From a virus (lineage: Duplodnaviria; Caudoviricetes): a stretch of DNA of 25,248 nucleotides. Location of the stretch: IMG/VR virus record IMGVR_UViG_3300050014_000250, positions 1-25,248 of that record, one strand, 5' to 3'. A program made the translations under genes and the position numbers. This document shows, piece after piece, positions 16,962-25,248 of this stretch. Numbering within the stretch: the first letter of the stretch is position 1; each line of letters opens with the position of its first letter. The notes below the pieces were generated by a model. It ran no database searches and was not told where the DNA came from. It saw only the letters and a list, made by a program, of their open reading frames with translations.

Positions 16962-17770
16962 AGCTGTCCTCCAACCGTCCCGAGGTTCGCCAGGCATGCG
17001 CCAAGGCCGAGGCGGCGTTCGTCGCGTCCACCAAGCGCGCCTACGCCGACGCATGGCGGCAGGTGAAGGCCGCGATACCGCGTCCCGGCGCCACAGGCGG
17101 CGACGTGGGGGGGCTGCGCGACCCGCTGGTGCTCGGGGCAATCGCTGATACGATCGAGGCAGGTGTGCGCGATGGTGCGGCCAAGGCGGCTATCATCGTG
17201 TGCAACGGCCACAACGCCTTCTTCGAGGGCAAGCGCTACAAGTGGGCGCCGCTGGACCCGCGTCAGATGCTGGCGCGCTACAACGTCAACCTCGACCGCG
17301 TTACAAAGGCGTTGGCGCTGCCGGTCGCAAGTGAGGCCGCGCGCCAGGCCGCGGCGCTCGCACAGGGGCTGCACGACGTCGGTGGCATCAAGTCCATATC
17401 GCAGACCGTCACCGGCAAGATCGTGGCGGAGGTCACGAACTACTATCACGACCCGGAGATGAGCGCAGGCGACCTCGAGAACCGCCTCGCACCGTACCTG
17501 TCGCCCTACAAGGCCGATCAGGTGGGCATCACTGAGACGACGCGCCTCAATGCGATCGCCGAGAACATGACCGCGCAGCAGCTAAACGCTCCGGGGGGCA
17601 TATTCGACACGGCTGAGGATGAAGCCGTCTGCTCAGAGTGCGACGGGCTCGACCAGACCGAAGTGCAGATGGACGACCCCGCTACGACGCCTCCACTGCA
17701 TACCGGTTGTCGGTGCGGGCGGACGATCGTGCTGCCTGACGGGACCGAGGAAGAGCAAGACGATGAGTGA
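16958..17770 (+). CDS. MuF / SPP1 gp7-like minor head protein
   Basis: ITETTR...TAEDEAVCSECDGLD...PPLHTGCRC. Confidence 0.85.
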   Translation: MKLSSNRPEVRQACAKAEAAFVASTKRAYADAWRQVKAAIPRPGATGGDVGGLRDPLVLGAIADTIEAGVRDGAAKAAIIVCNGHNAFFEGKRYKWAPLDPRQMLARYNVNLDRVTKALALPVASEAARQAAALAQGLHDVGGIKSISQTVTGKIVAEVTNYYHDPEMSAGDLENRLAPYLSPYKADQVGITETTRLNAIAENMTAQQLNAPGGIFDTAEDEAVCSECDGLDQTEVQMDDPATTPPLHTGCRCGRTIVLPDGTEEEQDDE

Positions 17771-17942
17771 AGTGCTGTTGGCGATCCTGACAGTTACAGG
17801 AGCGGTGGCATTCGCTCTGCTGGCACGCGGAAAGAGGACACCTAAGTCGCCCACTCTCTACCTTGATGGTGACCCTACACCTCCGTGGGTCTGTCACGAC
17901 TGGCCGGTGCCAGGGCATGGGTTCGTGAGGCGCTACAGATGA
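17763..17942 (+). CDS. Small membrane-anchored protein
   Basis: N-terminal hydrophobic segment VLLAILTVTGAVAFALLA. Confidence 0.5.
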   Translation: MSEVLLAILTVTGAVAFALLARGKRTPKSPTLYLDGDPTPPWVCHDWPVPGHGFVRRYR

Positions 17943-18346
17943 GTGACGAGCCAGTCTTCGAAATGAAGGTGTCGGACGGCCTCAAGCACTATCCCGAGTC
18001 CGTGATGAAGGCGCTCGCCTTCGCGGCCGCCGGCTGGCACGGCGCGCTGATGAAGTACCCGCCCCAGCGGGGGTTGCGACAGAACATCGCCACCCGCAAG
18101 AAGACCTCGGACGTCGCCTATAAGCGCACGCACCACTTGGGCATGAAGGCCCGCGGCGAGAAGCTCACCACCGTGAGTGTCGACCTGGGCGGGATCTACT
18201 ACACGCCGTGCGTGCTCAACGTGCGCAGGAGCCCGGCGTCACTGGCCGGCGAGACTATCTGGCCCGGCAAGCTCGACGAGGCGAAGCTTGCTGCGTCCAA
18301 GGCGTTCAACGCTGAGTTCAAGCGGAAGATGAAGGGCCACGTGTAG
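17939..18346 (+). CDS. Hypothetical virion morphogenesis protein (HK97 gp10-like?)
   Basis: YPP...YKRTHHLG...YTPCV pattern; follows MuF. Confidence 0.45.
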   Translation: MSDEPVFEMKVSDGLKHYPESVMKALAFAAAGWHGALMKYPPQRGLRQNIATRKKTSDVAYKRTHHLGMKARGEKLTTVSVDLGGIYYTPCVLNVRRSPASLAGETIWPGKLDEAKLAASKAFNAEFKRKMKGHV

Positions 18347-18420
18347 TTCGGTCCACTTTCGTTCGCTCCTTCCCCTAAGGCTCATGTGTAGGTATAACCT
18401 TCGCGGTGAAGGGGGTCGCC

Positions 18421-20019
18421 GTGAAGCGCCGCGTCTCGTTCGGCTTCGCAATCACCAAGTTCGACGCTGAGCAGCGGCTGGTATACGGCTGCGCCACTGA
18501 CGCGTTCGAGGACAAGCAGGGCGACGAGGTTCCCTTCTCCGTGGCCGTGGCCGCGTTCGAGGAGGGCGCTGATCGTCTAGGCATCCGTGAGATGCACCAG
18601 CCGATCGCCGTCGGTCGCCTTGAGGGGTGGGTGCCCGACGAGGCCCGCCAAGCGATCGACATCTGCGTCTACCTCTCCGACACCCCTGACGGCGAAGCGG
18701 CCCTCACGAAGGTCAAGGAGGGCATCCTCAAGGGCTTCTCCATCGGCGGCAAGGCGCTGAGCTCGCACCGCAGCGGTGGCACCACCGTGATCGACGTGCT
18801 GGAGCTCATCGAGATCAGCCTGGTCGACGTACCAGCCAACCCCCGTGCCGTGATCTCAGTGGTCAAGGCTGAGATGTTCGATGAGCCCGAAGGAAGGACG
18901 CCCATGCGAAACCTGTCCGGGAGCTACCAGGAGCGCGGCGAGCAGATCGCCGGCGCGGTATCCAAGGCGCACCTCGGCGTGGTTGTGGACTGGTCTGTGG
19001 ACCGCGTGAGGTTCGAGGCTGACGGGCGCACCTTCGAGTGCGCATGGGGTTCCAACGGCGACCAGATCGTTCTCGGGCCGCCTGAAGAGATGATCGGAGA
19101 GTTCGTCAACAAGGCGGCAGCGCCGCAGTCAGCGAAAGGAACAGGCATGGACGCAGGAATCGTGAAGGCGCTGGGGACCATCGATCAGACGGTCGCGGTC
19201 GCCAAGGCTCTGCAGGAGAGGGAGGTCCTCAAGGGGTCCGACGTCTCGTCAGCGCTCAGCCAGATCAGTACGCTTCTCAGCTCGGTCGGCTCTGATCCCG
19301 ATGCACTGGCGCAGGCCCAGCAGGCCCTGTCCGTCGTCGGTGACATGGTCTCGACCCTGAGCGGGTCCTCGACCAGCACGTCCACCGGCTCATCCTCGAG
19401 CACGCCGTCCTCATCCTCGACGCCATCCTCGAGCACGCCGCCCTCATCCTCGACGCCATCCTCGAGCACGCCGTCCGACGTGACGATGTGCAAGGACGAG
19501 GACGTCCGCAGCGAGTTCGAGAAGCGCTTCGGCTCCAAGAGCACTCCGAGCACCACTGGCACCACCAGCACCAGCACCGGTACCACCACCCCGTCCACCT
19601 CTACACCGTCGTCCGCCTCGACACCGTCCACCTCGACCCCCTCGACCGTCACCAAGGCCGAGGTTCCCGCCGCTCCGGGTGCTCCCGCGGGCTGCGAGAA
19701 TGCTCCTGCCGTGACGCCCGGTGCCACGATGGGCGTCACGCTTCAGGATGCTGCGACCGCTGGCGCGAAGGCTGTCATCGCCGAGCTTCTCGGTGGTGGC
19801 GAGGTCGCCAAGGCCGAGTCCAAGGAGATCGCCGAGCCGCTGCCCGAGAACATGGTCGCGGCCGGGGACCCCGTGCTCAAGGCGATGGAGGCTGGCGATC
19901 AGCATGCCGCCCTCGAGGCCGCGCACGGAGATCCGCTCGAAGCCGAGCAGTCGGTCATGAAGGCGGTCGCGGCCCAGATGGGTCAGGCCGTCCGCCATCA
20001 CCTGTCCCGCAGGCCGTAA
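18421..20019 (+). CDS. Prohead maturation protease (HK97/XkdF-like) fused to scaffold with Ser/Thr-rich linkers
   Basis: KFDAEQRLVYG, DKQGD, IREMH, GILKGFSIGG, EISLVDVPANP; GTG after GAAGGGGG (alternative start 18406). Confidence 0.9.
   Translation: MKRRVSFGFAITKFDAEQRLVYGCATDAFEDKQGDEVPFSVAVAAFEEGADRLGIREMHQPIAVGRLEGWVPDEARQAIDICVYLSDTPDGEAALTKVKEGILKGFSIGGKALSSHRSGGTTVIDVLELIEISLVDVPANPRAVISVVKAEMFDEPEGRTPMRNLSGSYQERGEQIAGAVSKAHLGVVVDWSVDRVRFEADGRTFECAWGSNGDQIVLGPPEEMIGEFVNKAAAPQSAKGTGMDAGIVKALGTIDQTVAVAKALQEREVLKGSDVSSALSQISTLLSSVGSDPDALAQAQQALSVVGDMVSTLSGSSTSTSTGSSSSTPSSSSTPSSSTPPSSSTPSSSTPSDVTMCKDEDVRSEFEKRFGSKSTPSTTGTTSTSTGTTTPSTSTPSSASTPSTSTPSTVTKAEVPAAPGAPAGCENAPAVTPGATMGVTLQDAATAGAKAVIAELLGGGEVAKAESKEIAEPLPENMVAAGDPVLKAMEAGDQHAALEAAHGDPLEAEQSVMKAVAAQMGQAVRHHLSRRP
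19366..19650 (+). repeat. Coding low-complexity Ser/Thr/Pro repeats
   Basis: Repeated TCCTCGAGCACGCCG / TCATCCTCGACGCCA units giving (S)nTP. Confidence 0.8.
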
Positions 20020-20065
20020 GGCACGAAGTCCCACCCGTCAAGGATCGAAAGGACGACGACACGCC

Positions 20066-21592
20066 ATGAATGGCAACCTCTCAAAGCTCGCCACCCTGCT
20101 CGGCTACGGTGGGGACATCGAGAAGGCGCTGAGTGCATCGAGCTCAGGCTTCGACGGTGTCAACCTGGAGCCCCAGGCAAAGCTCATGCTCCCGTTCTTC
20201 AACGGCCTGCGGCGCCGCACGCCGACCGACACGGCCGCACGTGGCGCCCTCACGGCCGACTTCAAGGTCATGATGGGCTTCCCGTCCAGCTTCTCGTTCG
20301 CCGGCGCGCTCGGCTCGGCTGAGGCCGCCGTCGGTTCTGCGCTGGACGCCAACGCCACGACTTTCCAGGCGCCCTACGCGACGCAGGCCATCAAGGGTGA
20401 GGTCAACCTCGAGGCCATCGACGCCGCGAAGGAGTTTGACGATCCCTTCGGCGCTGAGACCGCGACGCTGCTCTCCGCACTGTTCAGGCTCGAGGAGATG
20501 AACCTGTTCGGCGGCAACCGCACCGCACTGGTCGACGGTACCTCCGATGGCACCGCGGCAGGCGTGGGGACCGGCTCGTACACGTCGGTCGCCCACTACG
20601 TCGTCACCGCCCTCACCTATCAGGGCACGCTCGCCAGCGCCACCTCCGACCCTGTCAAGGGTGCGGTCATCGCCAACGCGAAGCTCGGAGAGTCCGTGGG
20701 CCAGGACATCACCGCCTCCAACACCGGTGCGTCGCAGCTGTGCGCGAAGCTCGCATGGAACCCGGTCCCCGGTGCGGTCGGTTACAAGATCTACGCTGGT
20801 GCCTCGGCTGCTGCTGCCGCGCTCGTGGATCCTGCCACCCAGCTCGCCCATCCGTCCACGTCCTCGACGGTGCTCGGCACCGCATGGACCGTCCCGACCG
20901 GCCAGACGTACATCACCGAGACCGCATGTCAGGTCTACGGTGGAGCGGCCAGCGGCGCGACGCACGGCACGGCGGACGGCACGGCCAACGCCAACCAGTA
21001 CGAGGGCTACATCGCCTGGTCGCAGAAGAACACGATCTACGGCAAGGCCCTGTCCCAGAACCACTTCACCTACAACGCCGCCGGCAACATCCTGACCCCC
21101 ACAGGCTCAGGGATTGCCGAGTTCGACTACATCCTGCAGAACCTGTGGTCGAGCCTCAAGATCAGCCCGACACTGGGTGTCGGCTCTGCGAACACCATCG
21201 CGGCCGTCTCCAACGCCCTCATGGGCATCAACAGCGGCTTCACCAACCGCATCGATCTGACCGCCGAGCGCGGCCGGTTCGTCGGTGGTGCGTACGTCGG
21301 TGGGTACGTCAACAAGTTCGCCGGGAGCATGCTGGACGGCCAGCAGCCCTCGATCGACTTCTGGGCGCATCCCGAGTTCCCCGACGGCACCATCCTGTTC
21401 CTCACGGAGAAGGTGCCCTACGCCTACTCGCGTGAGTCCCGCGGATGGGCGCTCGACGTCCGTCGTCCCTACACCTACTGGGACCTCGCACGCAGCGGCA
21501 TAAGCTATCCGTTCTCGCTGCTCGTCAACGAGACGCTCAAGTGCTACCACCCGACGGCGCAGAGCTCCATCGTCGGCCTGAGGGTGCAGTAA
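20066..21592 (+). CDS. Major capsid protein with an inserted FN3/Ig-like domain
   Basis: Follows protease; strongly biased codons; NLEPQAKLMLP, EEMNLFGGN, ETLKCYHP; insert YVVTAL...LAWNPVPGAVGYKIY. Confidence 0.8.
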   Translation: MNGNLSKLATLLGYGGDIEKALSASSSGFDGVNLEPQAKLMLPFFNGLRRRTPTDTAARGALTADFKVMMGFPSSFSFAGALGSAEAAVGSALDANATTFQAPYATQAIKGEVNLEAIDAAKEFDDPFGAETATLLSALFRLEEMNLFGGNRTALVDGTSDGTAAGVGTGSYTSVAHYVVTALTYQGTLASATSDPVKGAVIANAKLGESVGQDITASNTGASQLCAKLAWNPVPGAVGYKIYAGASAAAAALVDPATQLAHPSTSSTVLGTAWTVPTGQTYITETACQVYGGAASGATHGTADGTANANQYEGYIAWSQKNTIYGKALSQNHFTYNAAGNILTPTGSGIAEFDYILQNLWSSLKISPTLGVGSANTIAAVSNALMGINSGFTNRIDLTAERGRFVGGAYVGGYVNKFAGSMLDGQQPSIDFWAHPEFPDGTILFLTEKVPYAYSRESRGWALDVRRPYTYWDLARSGISYPFSLLVNETLKCYHPTAQSSIVGLRVQ

Positions 21593-21603
21593 CCGAAGCC
21601 TTA

Positions 21604-21665
21604 CGTGACCCGAAGCGGGTAGCCTCTCCACCCCATCGTGGGCGAGAGGCACCCGCCGGGTCACG
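21604..21665 (+). promoter_or_regulatory. Long interrupted hairpin after the capsid gene (terminator/processing/stabiliser)
   Basis: CGTGACCCG/CGGGTCACG, GCGGGT/ACCCGC, GCCTCTC/GAGAGGC, CCCA/TGGG. Confidence 0.65.
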
Positions 21666-21686
21666 GGGTGTGAAAGGAAGCGTCAC

Positions 21687-22187
21687 ATGAGCATCCCGTT
21701 CCTCACTCCGGCGCCTCTGCCGGTCAAGGTCACGAACGTGGCCGACATCACCATCGGCGTGGTCAAGAACGAGGGCACGTCCGACGGTGGAACCACATGG
21801 GTGCCGGAGTCCGTAGACGCTTCCGGCAACCAGAACGTCAACGTCGTCTCCACCGCCCAGATGGGCACGCCGGTCAACGGCATCGGCAACTACGCCGCGG
21901 CCCAGAGCGACGTCGAGCTGATCGCAGACCCGGGCGCCGGTAAGTCGATCCACATCACGGCGCTCTCGATCACCAACGACGCCACGCTCGCCATCACCGT
22001 CAAGCTCGAGGCCGACACAGCGTCCGCTAAGACCGCGCTCACCCCAACGTACAAGATCCCGGCGAGCGGAGTGCTGAACCTGAGCTTCGGTGCCCAGGGC
22101 ATCGTCGCCACCGCACACAAGAACGTCGGTGTCGTCACGACCGGCACATCGAACTTCACCGTCCACGCCGTCGGCTACGCCGTCTAA
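21687..22187 (+). CDS. Putative virion structural/decoration protein
   Basis: GAAAGGAAG RBS; beta-rich A/T/G/V composition; follows MCP. Confidence 0.65.
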   Translation: MSIPFLTPAPLPVKVTNVADITIGVVKNEGTSDGGTTWVPESVDASGNQNVNVVSTAQMGTPVNGIGNYAAAQSDVELIADPGAGKSIHITALSITNDATLAITVKLEADTASAKTALTPTYKIPASGVLNLSFGAQGIVATAHKNVGVVTTGTSNFTVHAVGYAV

Positions 22188-22197
22188 GGAGCGAGCC

Positions 22198-22686
22198 ATG
22201 AGCAAGAGCAACACCGTCCCGAACGACAGAGCGAAGGTGAAGGGGTTCTTCCGTCTGGAGATCGAGAACTCCGACGGCTCCATCGCCGGCGACTCGGGAT
22301 GGGTGCCGAACCAGATCACGAACCTCGGTTTCAACAACTTTCTCTGCGGCGCCTTCGCACAGCTGGCAGGCTCGCTGCAGGTCGGTACGATCTCCATCGG
22401 GTCGGGCGGCGCCGCGGCGGTCGACGACACCTCGATGGGCGGCGAGATCTCCACTGCCAAGCGCATCGGCGTCACGGCAGCGTCGTCTGCAGGCTCGAAG
22501 GGCGTGCTGTTCACGGCGACATTCAACAGCGCGAACTCGTTCCTCGCCGGTGCGAGCAACCTGAGCAACGTCGGGCTGTTCGGCTCGAACACCACGTCTC
22601 CGGTGTTCGCGGTCGCAGCCTACGCCTCTAGCGCGTGCGCCACCAACCAGAACGTCAACGTGTCATATGCGATCAACTTCACGTAG
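22198..22686 (+). CDS. Putative virion structural protein (collar/fibre-like)
   Basis: AAGGAG RBS; NQITNLG...ISIGSG...DTSMGGEI pattern. Confidence 0.6.
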   Translation: MSKSNTVPNDRAKVKGFFRLEIENSDGSIAGDSGWVPNQITNLGFNNFLCGAFAQLAGSLQVGTISIGSGGAAAVDDTSMGGEISTAKRIGVTAASSAGSKGVLFTATFNSANSFLAGASNLSNVGLFGSNTTSPVFAVAAYASSACATNQNVNVSYAINFT

Positions 22687-22726
22687 ACTGGTGCGGTCAT
22701 AACGTCGAAGGCGAAAGGCAACAGGT

Positions 22727-23251
22727 ATGGGGCAGCCAGACGTAAGGGCCGTGCTGGACAAGTACAGGACTTCAGGTGTGCGACTGGACCTCGGCTGCGG
22801 AAGCAACAAGCAGCCGGGGTTCGTCGGCATCGATGCCCAAGCGCTACCAGGCGTGGACATTGTGCAGGACCTCGAAAGCATCCCGTGGGTGCTCCCCGAC
22901 GACTGTGCAGAGATGATCGTGGCGTCTCACATCGTCGAGCACATAGATCCGGCTCACGGGGCGTTCGTGCGCTTCATGAACGAGTGCTGGCGGGTGCTGG
23001 AGCCAGGGGGCAAGATGATGATCGCCGCCCCGTACGCGGGATCTCCTGGCTTCTGGGCGGACCCGACGCATTGCAACGGCGTGACTGAGATCACGTGGGC
23101 ATACTTCGATCCGCTTGACACGCGGTACGGGGGTCAGCTCTACGCCTTCTATCGCCCCAAGCCGTGGAAGATCCTCAAGAACATGTACGAGGCGGTCGGG
23201 TCCATCGAAGTGGCGCTCGAGAAGAGACGGGAGGATGCGAGCTATGTCTGA
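22727..23251 (+). CDS. Class I SAM-dependent methyltransferase (Methyltransf_11-like, not a DNA MTase)
   Basis: LDLGCG, ASHIVEHI, ECWRVLEPGG, DPTH. Confidence 0.9.
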   Translation: MGQPDVRAVLDKYRTSGVRLDLGCGSNKQPGFVGIDAQALPGVDIVQDLESIPWVLPDDCAEMIVASHIVEHIDPAHGAFVRFMNECWRVLEPGGKMMIAAPYAGSPGFWADPTHCNGVTEITWAYFDPLDTRYGGQLYAFYRPKPWKILKNMYEAVGSIEVALEKRREDASYV

Positions 23252-24017
23252 CAGCTACCGATCCTCCATCGTGAAGAACATGAAAGACGAGACCAGCAAC
23301 CGGCTCATGATCGGCACCGCGACCCGGGGCACCGTTCGCATGGAGTGGGTGATGGCCCGCTACGGCCAGATCATCCCCTGCAACTGGTCTATGGTGCAGG
23401 CGCTGCAGCACTACGACGCCTTTGCGCCGCTGGGTTTCATGGTGGCCGATGCGCAGAACCTGATCGTGAAGCAGGCCATCGAGGGCGACTTCGAGTGGCT
23501 GCTGTTCATCGAGGACGACACGATGCCCCCGGCCGACGGATTCATCCGCCTGAACGAGTACATGCGCAATGGCGACGTCCCGGTGGTCTCCGGCCTCTAC
23601 TACACGAAGAGCCAGCCGTCCGAGCCGATGGTCTACCGGGGCCGCGGCAACAGCTACTTCGGCGACTGGAAGATGGGCGACCTCGTGTGGTGCGACGGCG
23701 TCCCGACGGGCTTCTGGCTGTGCAACATGAAGGTGCTACGATTGATGTGGGACGAGTCTCCGGAGTACGTCGTCGGAGGGCAGCTCACGCGCAGGGTCTT
23801 CGACCAGCCGGCGTCGGTGTGGTTCGACCCGGAGAGCCAGATACTGCGCACGAAGACAGGCACCTCGGACCTCGCGTGGTGCACGCGGGTGATCGAGCAG
23901 GACGTTTTGAGGAGAGCGGGATGGCCGAAGATCGGACGCAAGAAGTACCCGTTCCTGATCGACACGAACCTCTTCTGCCGGCACATCGACCCGGCCGGCG
24001 TGACGTACCCGATGTGA
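23244..24017 (+). CDS. GT-A fold (family 2-like) glycosyltransferase
   Basis: AQNLIV, WLLFIEDD (DxD-like), VVSGLY, GFWL, TSDLAWC, IDTNLFCRH. Confidence 0.8.
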   Translation: MSDSYRSSIVKNMKDETSNRLMIGTATRGTVRMEWVMARYGQIIPCNWSMVQALQHYDAFAPLGFMVADAQNLIVKQAIEGDFEWLLFIEDDTMPPADGFIRLNEYMRNGDVPVVSGLYYTKSQPSEPMVYRGRGNSYFGDWKMGDLVWCDGVPTGFWLCNMKVLRLMWDESPEYVVGGQLTRRVFDQPASVWFDPESQILRTKTGTSDLAWCTRVIEQDVLRRAGWPKIGRKKYPFLIDTNLFCRHIDPAGVTYPM

Positions 24018-24111
24018 AGCCACCTGATCTGGGCGTGGCTGTGAGTGAGGACGTGCGGGCATCCGACCGTCCAGGCGGGCCCATACCGATCGAGACGTAC
24101 GTGGGAGACAA

Positions 24112-24381
24112 GTGACCCTCGAAGTCAGAGCAGGCGACGAGGTCCACGCTGCCGATGCTGTCGGTGGCGTGAGGCCGCGTCGTCCGCGCGCTGTGCGTCC
24201 GGCCTTCTCGGTCCCGGCGTGCATCGGGATGCCCTCGCTGCTCACTTTCGAAGCCAACGTGAACCGCGGTCCTCCGGCCTCCGTTGACACCCGCCGTACG
24301 ACGCTGGCCTCGGGCATCTGCTCGGGGCTTTGCTGTGGGGTGGCCTCGCCTTGTGCGGGGCCGCTGACGAGCGGGGTGTGA
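24112..24381 (+). CDS. Hypothetical protein
   Basis: Fills the gap with a GTGA overlap; weak. Confidence 0.35.
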   Translation: MTLEVRAGDEVHAADAVGGVRPRRPRAVRPAFSVPACIGMPSLLTFEANVNRGPPASVDTRRTTLASGICSGLCCGVASPCAGPLTSGV

Positions 24382-24382
24382 C

Positions 24383-25248
24383 ATGGCGCTCCTGACCATC
24401 CAGTCCATCGACAGCGTCCTCCTGTATCAGGCCGCGCCGACGACGAACTACTCGACGCTGGCCTTTATCGGTTGTGGACTTGAAGATGGCGGAGTGGGCA
24501 CAGAGTGGCGCTCCCCTCTGCGTTTCTCACTCGCTGGTGTAAGCGGCACAGTGATCTCCGCGACGCTTTCGCTCTACGCCTATGCCGGCGAGGCTAACGC
24601 AAGTGGGAAGGTTCACAGGATTGACCGAATCCTTCGCACGGACTGGGACAAGACTACTTCGTGCTGGACGAATTACAAGACGGGCAACGCGTGGTCTACG
24701 GCTGGTGCGAAGAACACCACCTCCGACATCACCACGGCGGATGAAGCGACCTACACCACTCCTGCCCCATTCGTAGCCGGTGTTTGGGAGACGTGGGACG
24801 TAACCGCGCAGGTGGCTGCTGCTCTCGCTGGCGGGTACTACAACTGTCTGCTCTCGGGCGACATCAGCGTCGCATCGACTGAAGTGCAGTTCTACCCGTC
24901 TAACTATACGGGCAACACGGCTCTACTCCCGACACTCGTCATAACATACTCGAGCGCCACCGCCCCCACCGTCACAGACTCCGCAGTCGATGCGATAACC
25001 GACACCACCGCGACCGCTCACGGCAACGTCACCTCTGACGGCGGCGCATCCGTCTCCACGCGAGGCGTCTGCTACAACACGGCCGGCACCCCGACCACCG
25101 CAGACAGCATCGTGGCGAGCGGGAGCGGCACCGGGACGTTCGCGCCGTCCATCACAGGGCTGACGCCGGGGACGCTCTACTACTGGCGGATGTACGCCAC
25201 GAACTCCGTGGACACGGCGTACTCGACGGGTGGGTCTTTCTACACCAA
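24383..25248 (+). CDS. DNRLRE (CBM96-like) + fibronectin type III virion protein, 3' truncated
   Basis: PTTNY...LRFSL...ISATLSLY...W...WSTAGA...WDVT...PTLVITY, then NVTSDGG...RGVCY...GLTPGTLYYWRMYATNS; open to window end. Confidence 0.8.
   Translation, partial: MALLTIQSIDSVLLYQAAPTTNYSTLAFIGCGLEDGGVGTEWRSPLRFSLAGVSGTVISATLSLYAYAGEANASGKVHRIDRILRTDWDKTTSCWTNYKTGNAWSTAGAKNTTSDITTADEATYTTPAPFVAGVWETWDVTAQVAAALAGGYYNCLLSGDISVASTEVQFYPSNYTGNTALLPTLVITYSSATAPTVTDSAVDAITDTTATAHGNVTSDGGASVSTRGVCYNTAGTPTTADSIVASGSGTGTFAPSITGLTPGTLYYWRMYATNSVDTAYSTGGSFYT

Noticed and set aside
16958-17770. MuF polymorphic toxin
   Set aside because: Protein ends shortly after the HxxCRC motif, with no toxin extension
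22727-23251. DNA methyltransferase
   Set aside because: No DPPY/NPPY or PC motif; small-molecule/glycan MTase pattern
1-25248. tRNA, rRNA, integrase, att sites, lysis genes
   Set aside because: None recognised by eye; lifestyle and host cannot be assigned from this window

Overview
GC-rich segment of a tailed dsDNA phage or prophage; all convincing genes lie on the + strand. Left arm (1-9.9 kb), early/replication genes: pentapeptide-repeat protein end, probable SSB/annealing protein, AbrB-like regulator, a run of small and partly gutted genes, a CHC2-TOPRIM-DUF927 primase-helicase, an HNH protein, an iteron-bearing probable origin and a VRR-NUC nuclease. Right arm (9.9-25.2 kb), packaging/head genes: ParB-like protein with a deleted methylase core, TerS, TerL, portal, MuF, prohead protease-scaffold, major capsid, two beta-rich virion proteins, a SAM methyltransferase plus GT2 glycosyltransferase, and a DNRLRE-FN3 protein. 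Most notable: (1) the portal carries a C-terminal PI3/4-kinase/HipA-like domain behind a linker with the same [VIL]-x-K-[AS] motifs that recur in scaffold, capsid and MuF, suggesting a protease-released, virion-delivered kinase; (2) a 57-bp near-perfect inverted copy of portal coding sequence inside the next gene; (3) two DNA methyltransferase genes that both lack their catalytic cores; (4) a eukaryote-style multi-C2H2 zinc-finger gene in the head module; (5) a possible virion glycosylation cassette. All family calls come from motif recognition by eye, not database searches.
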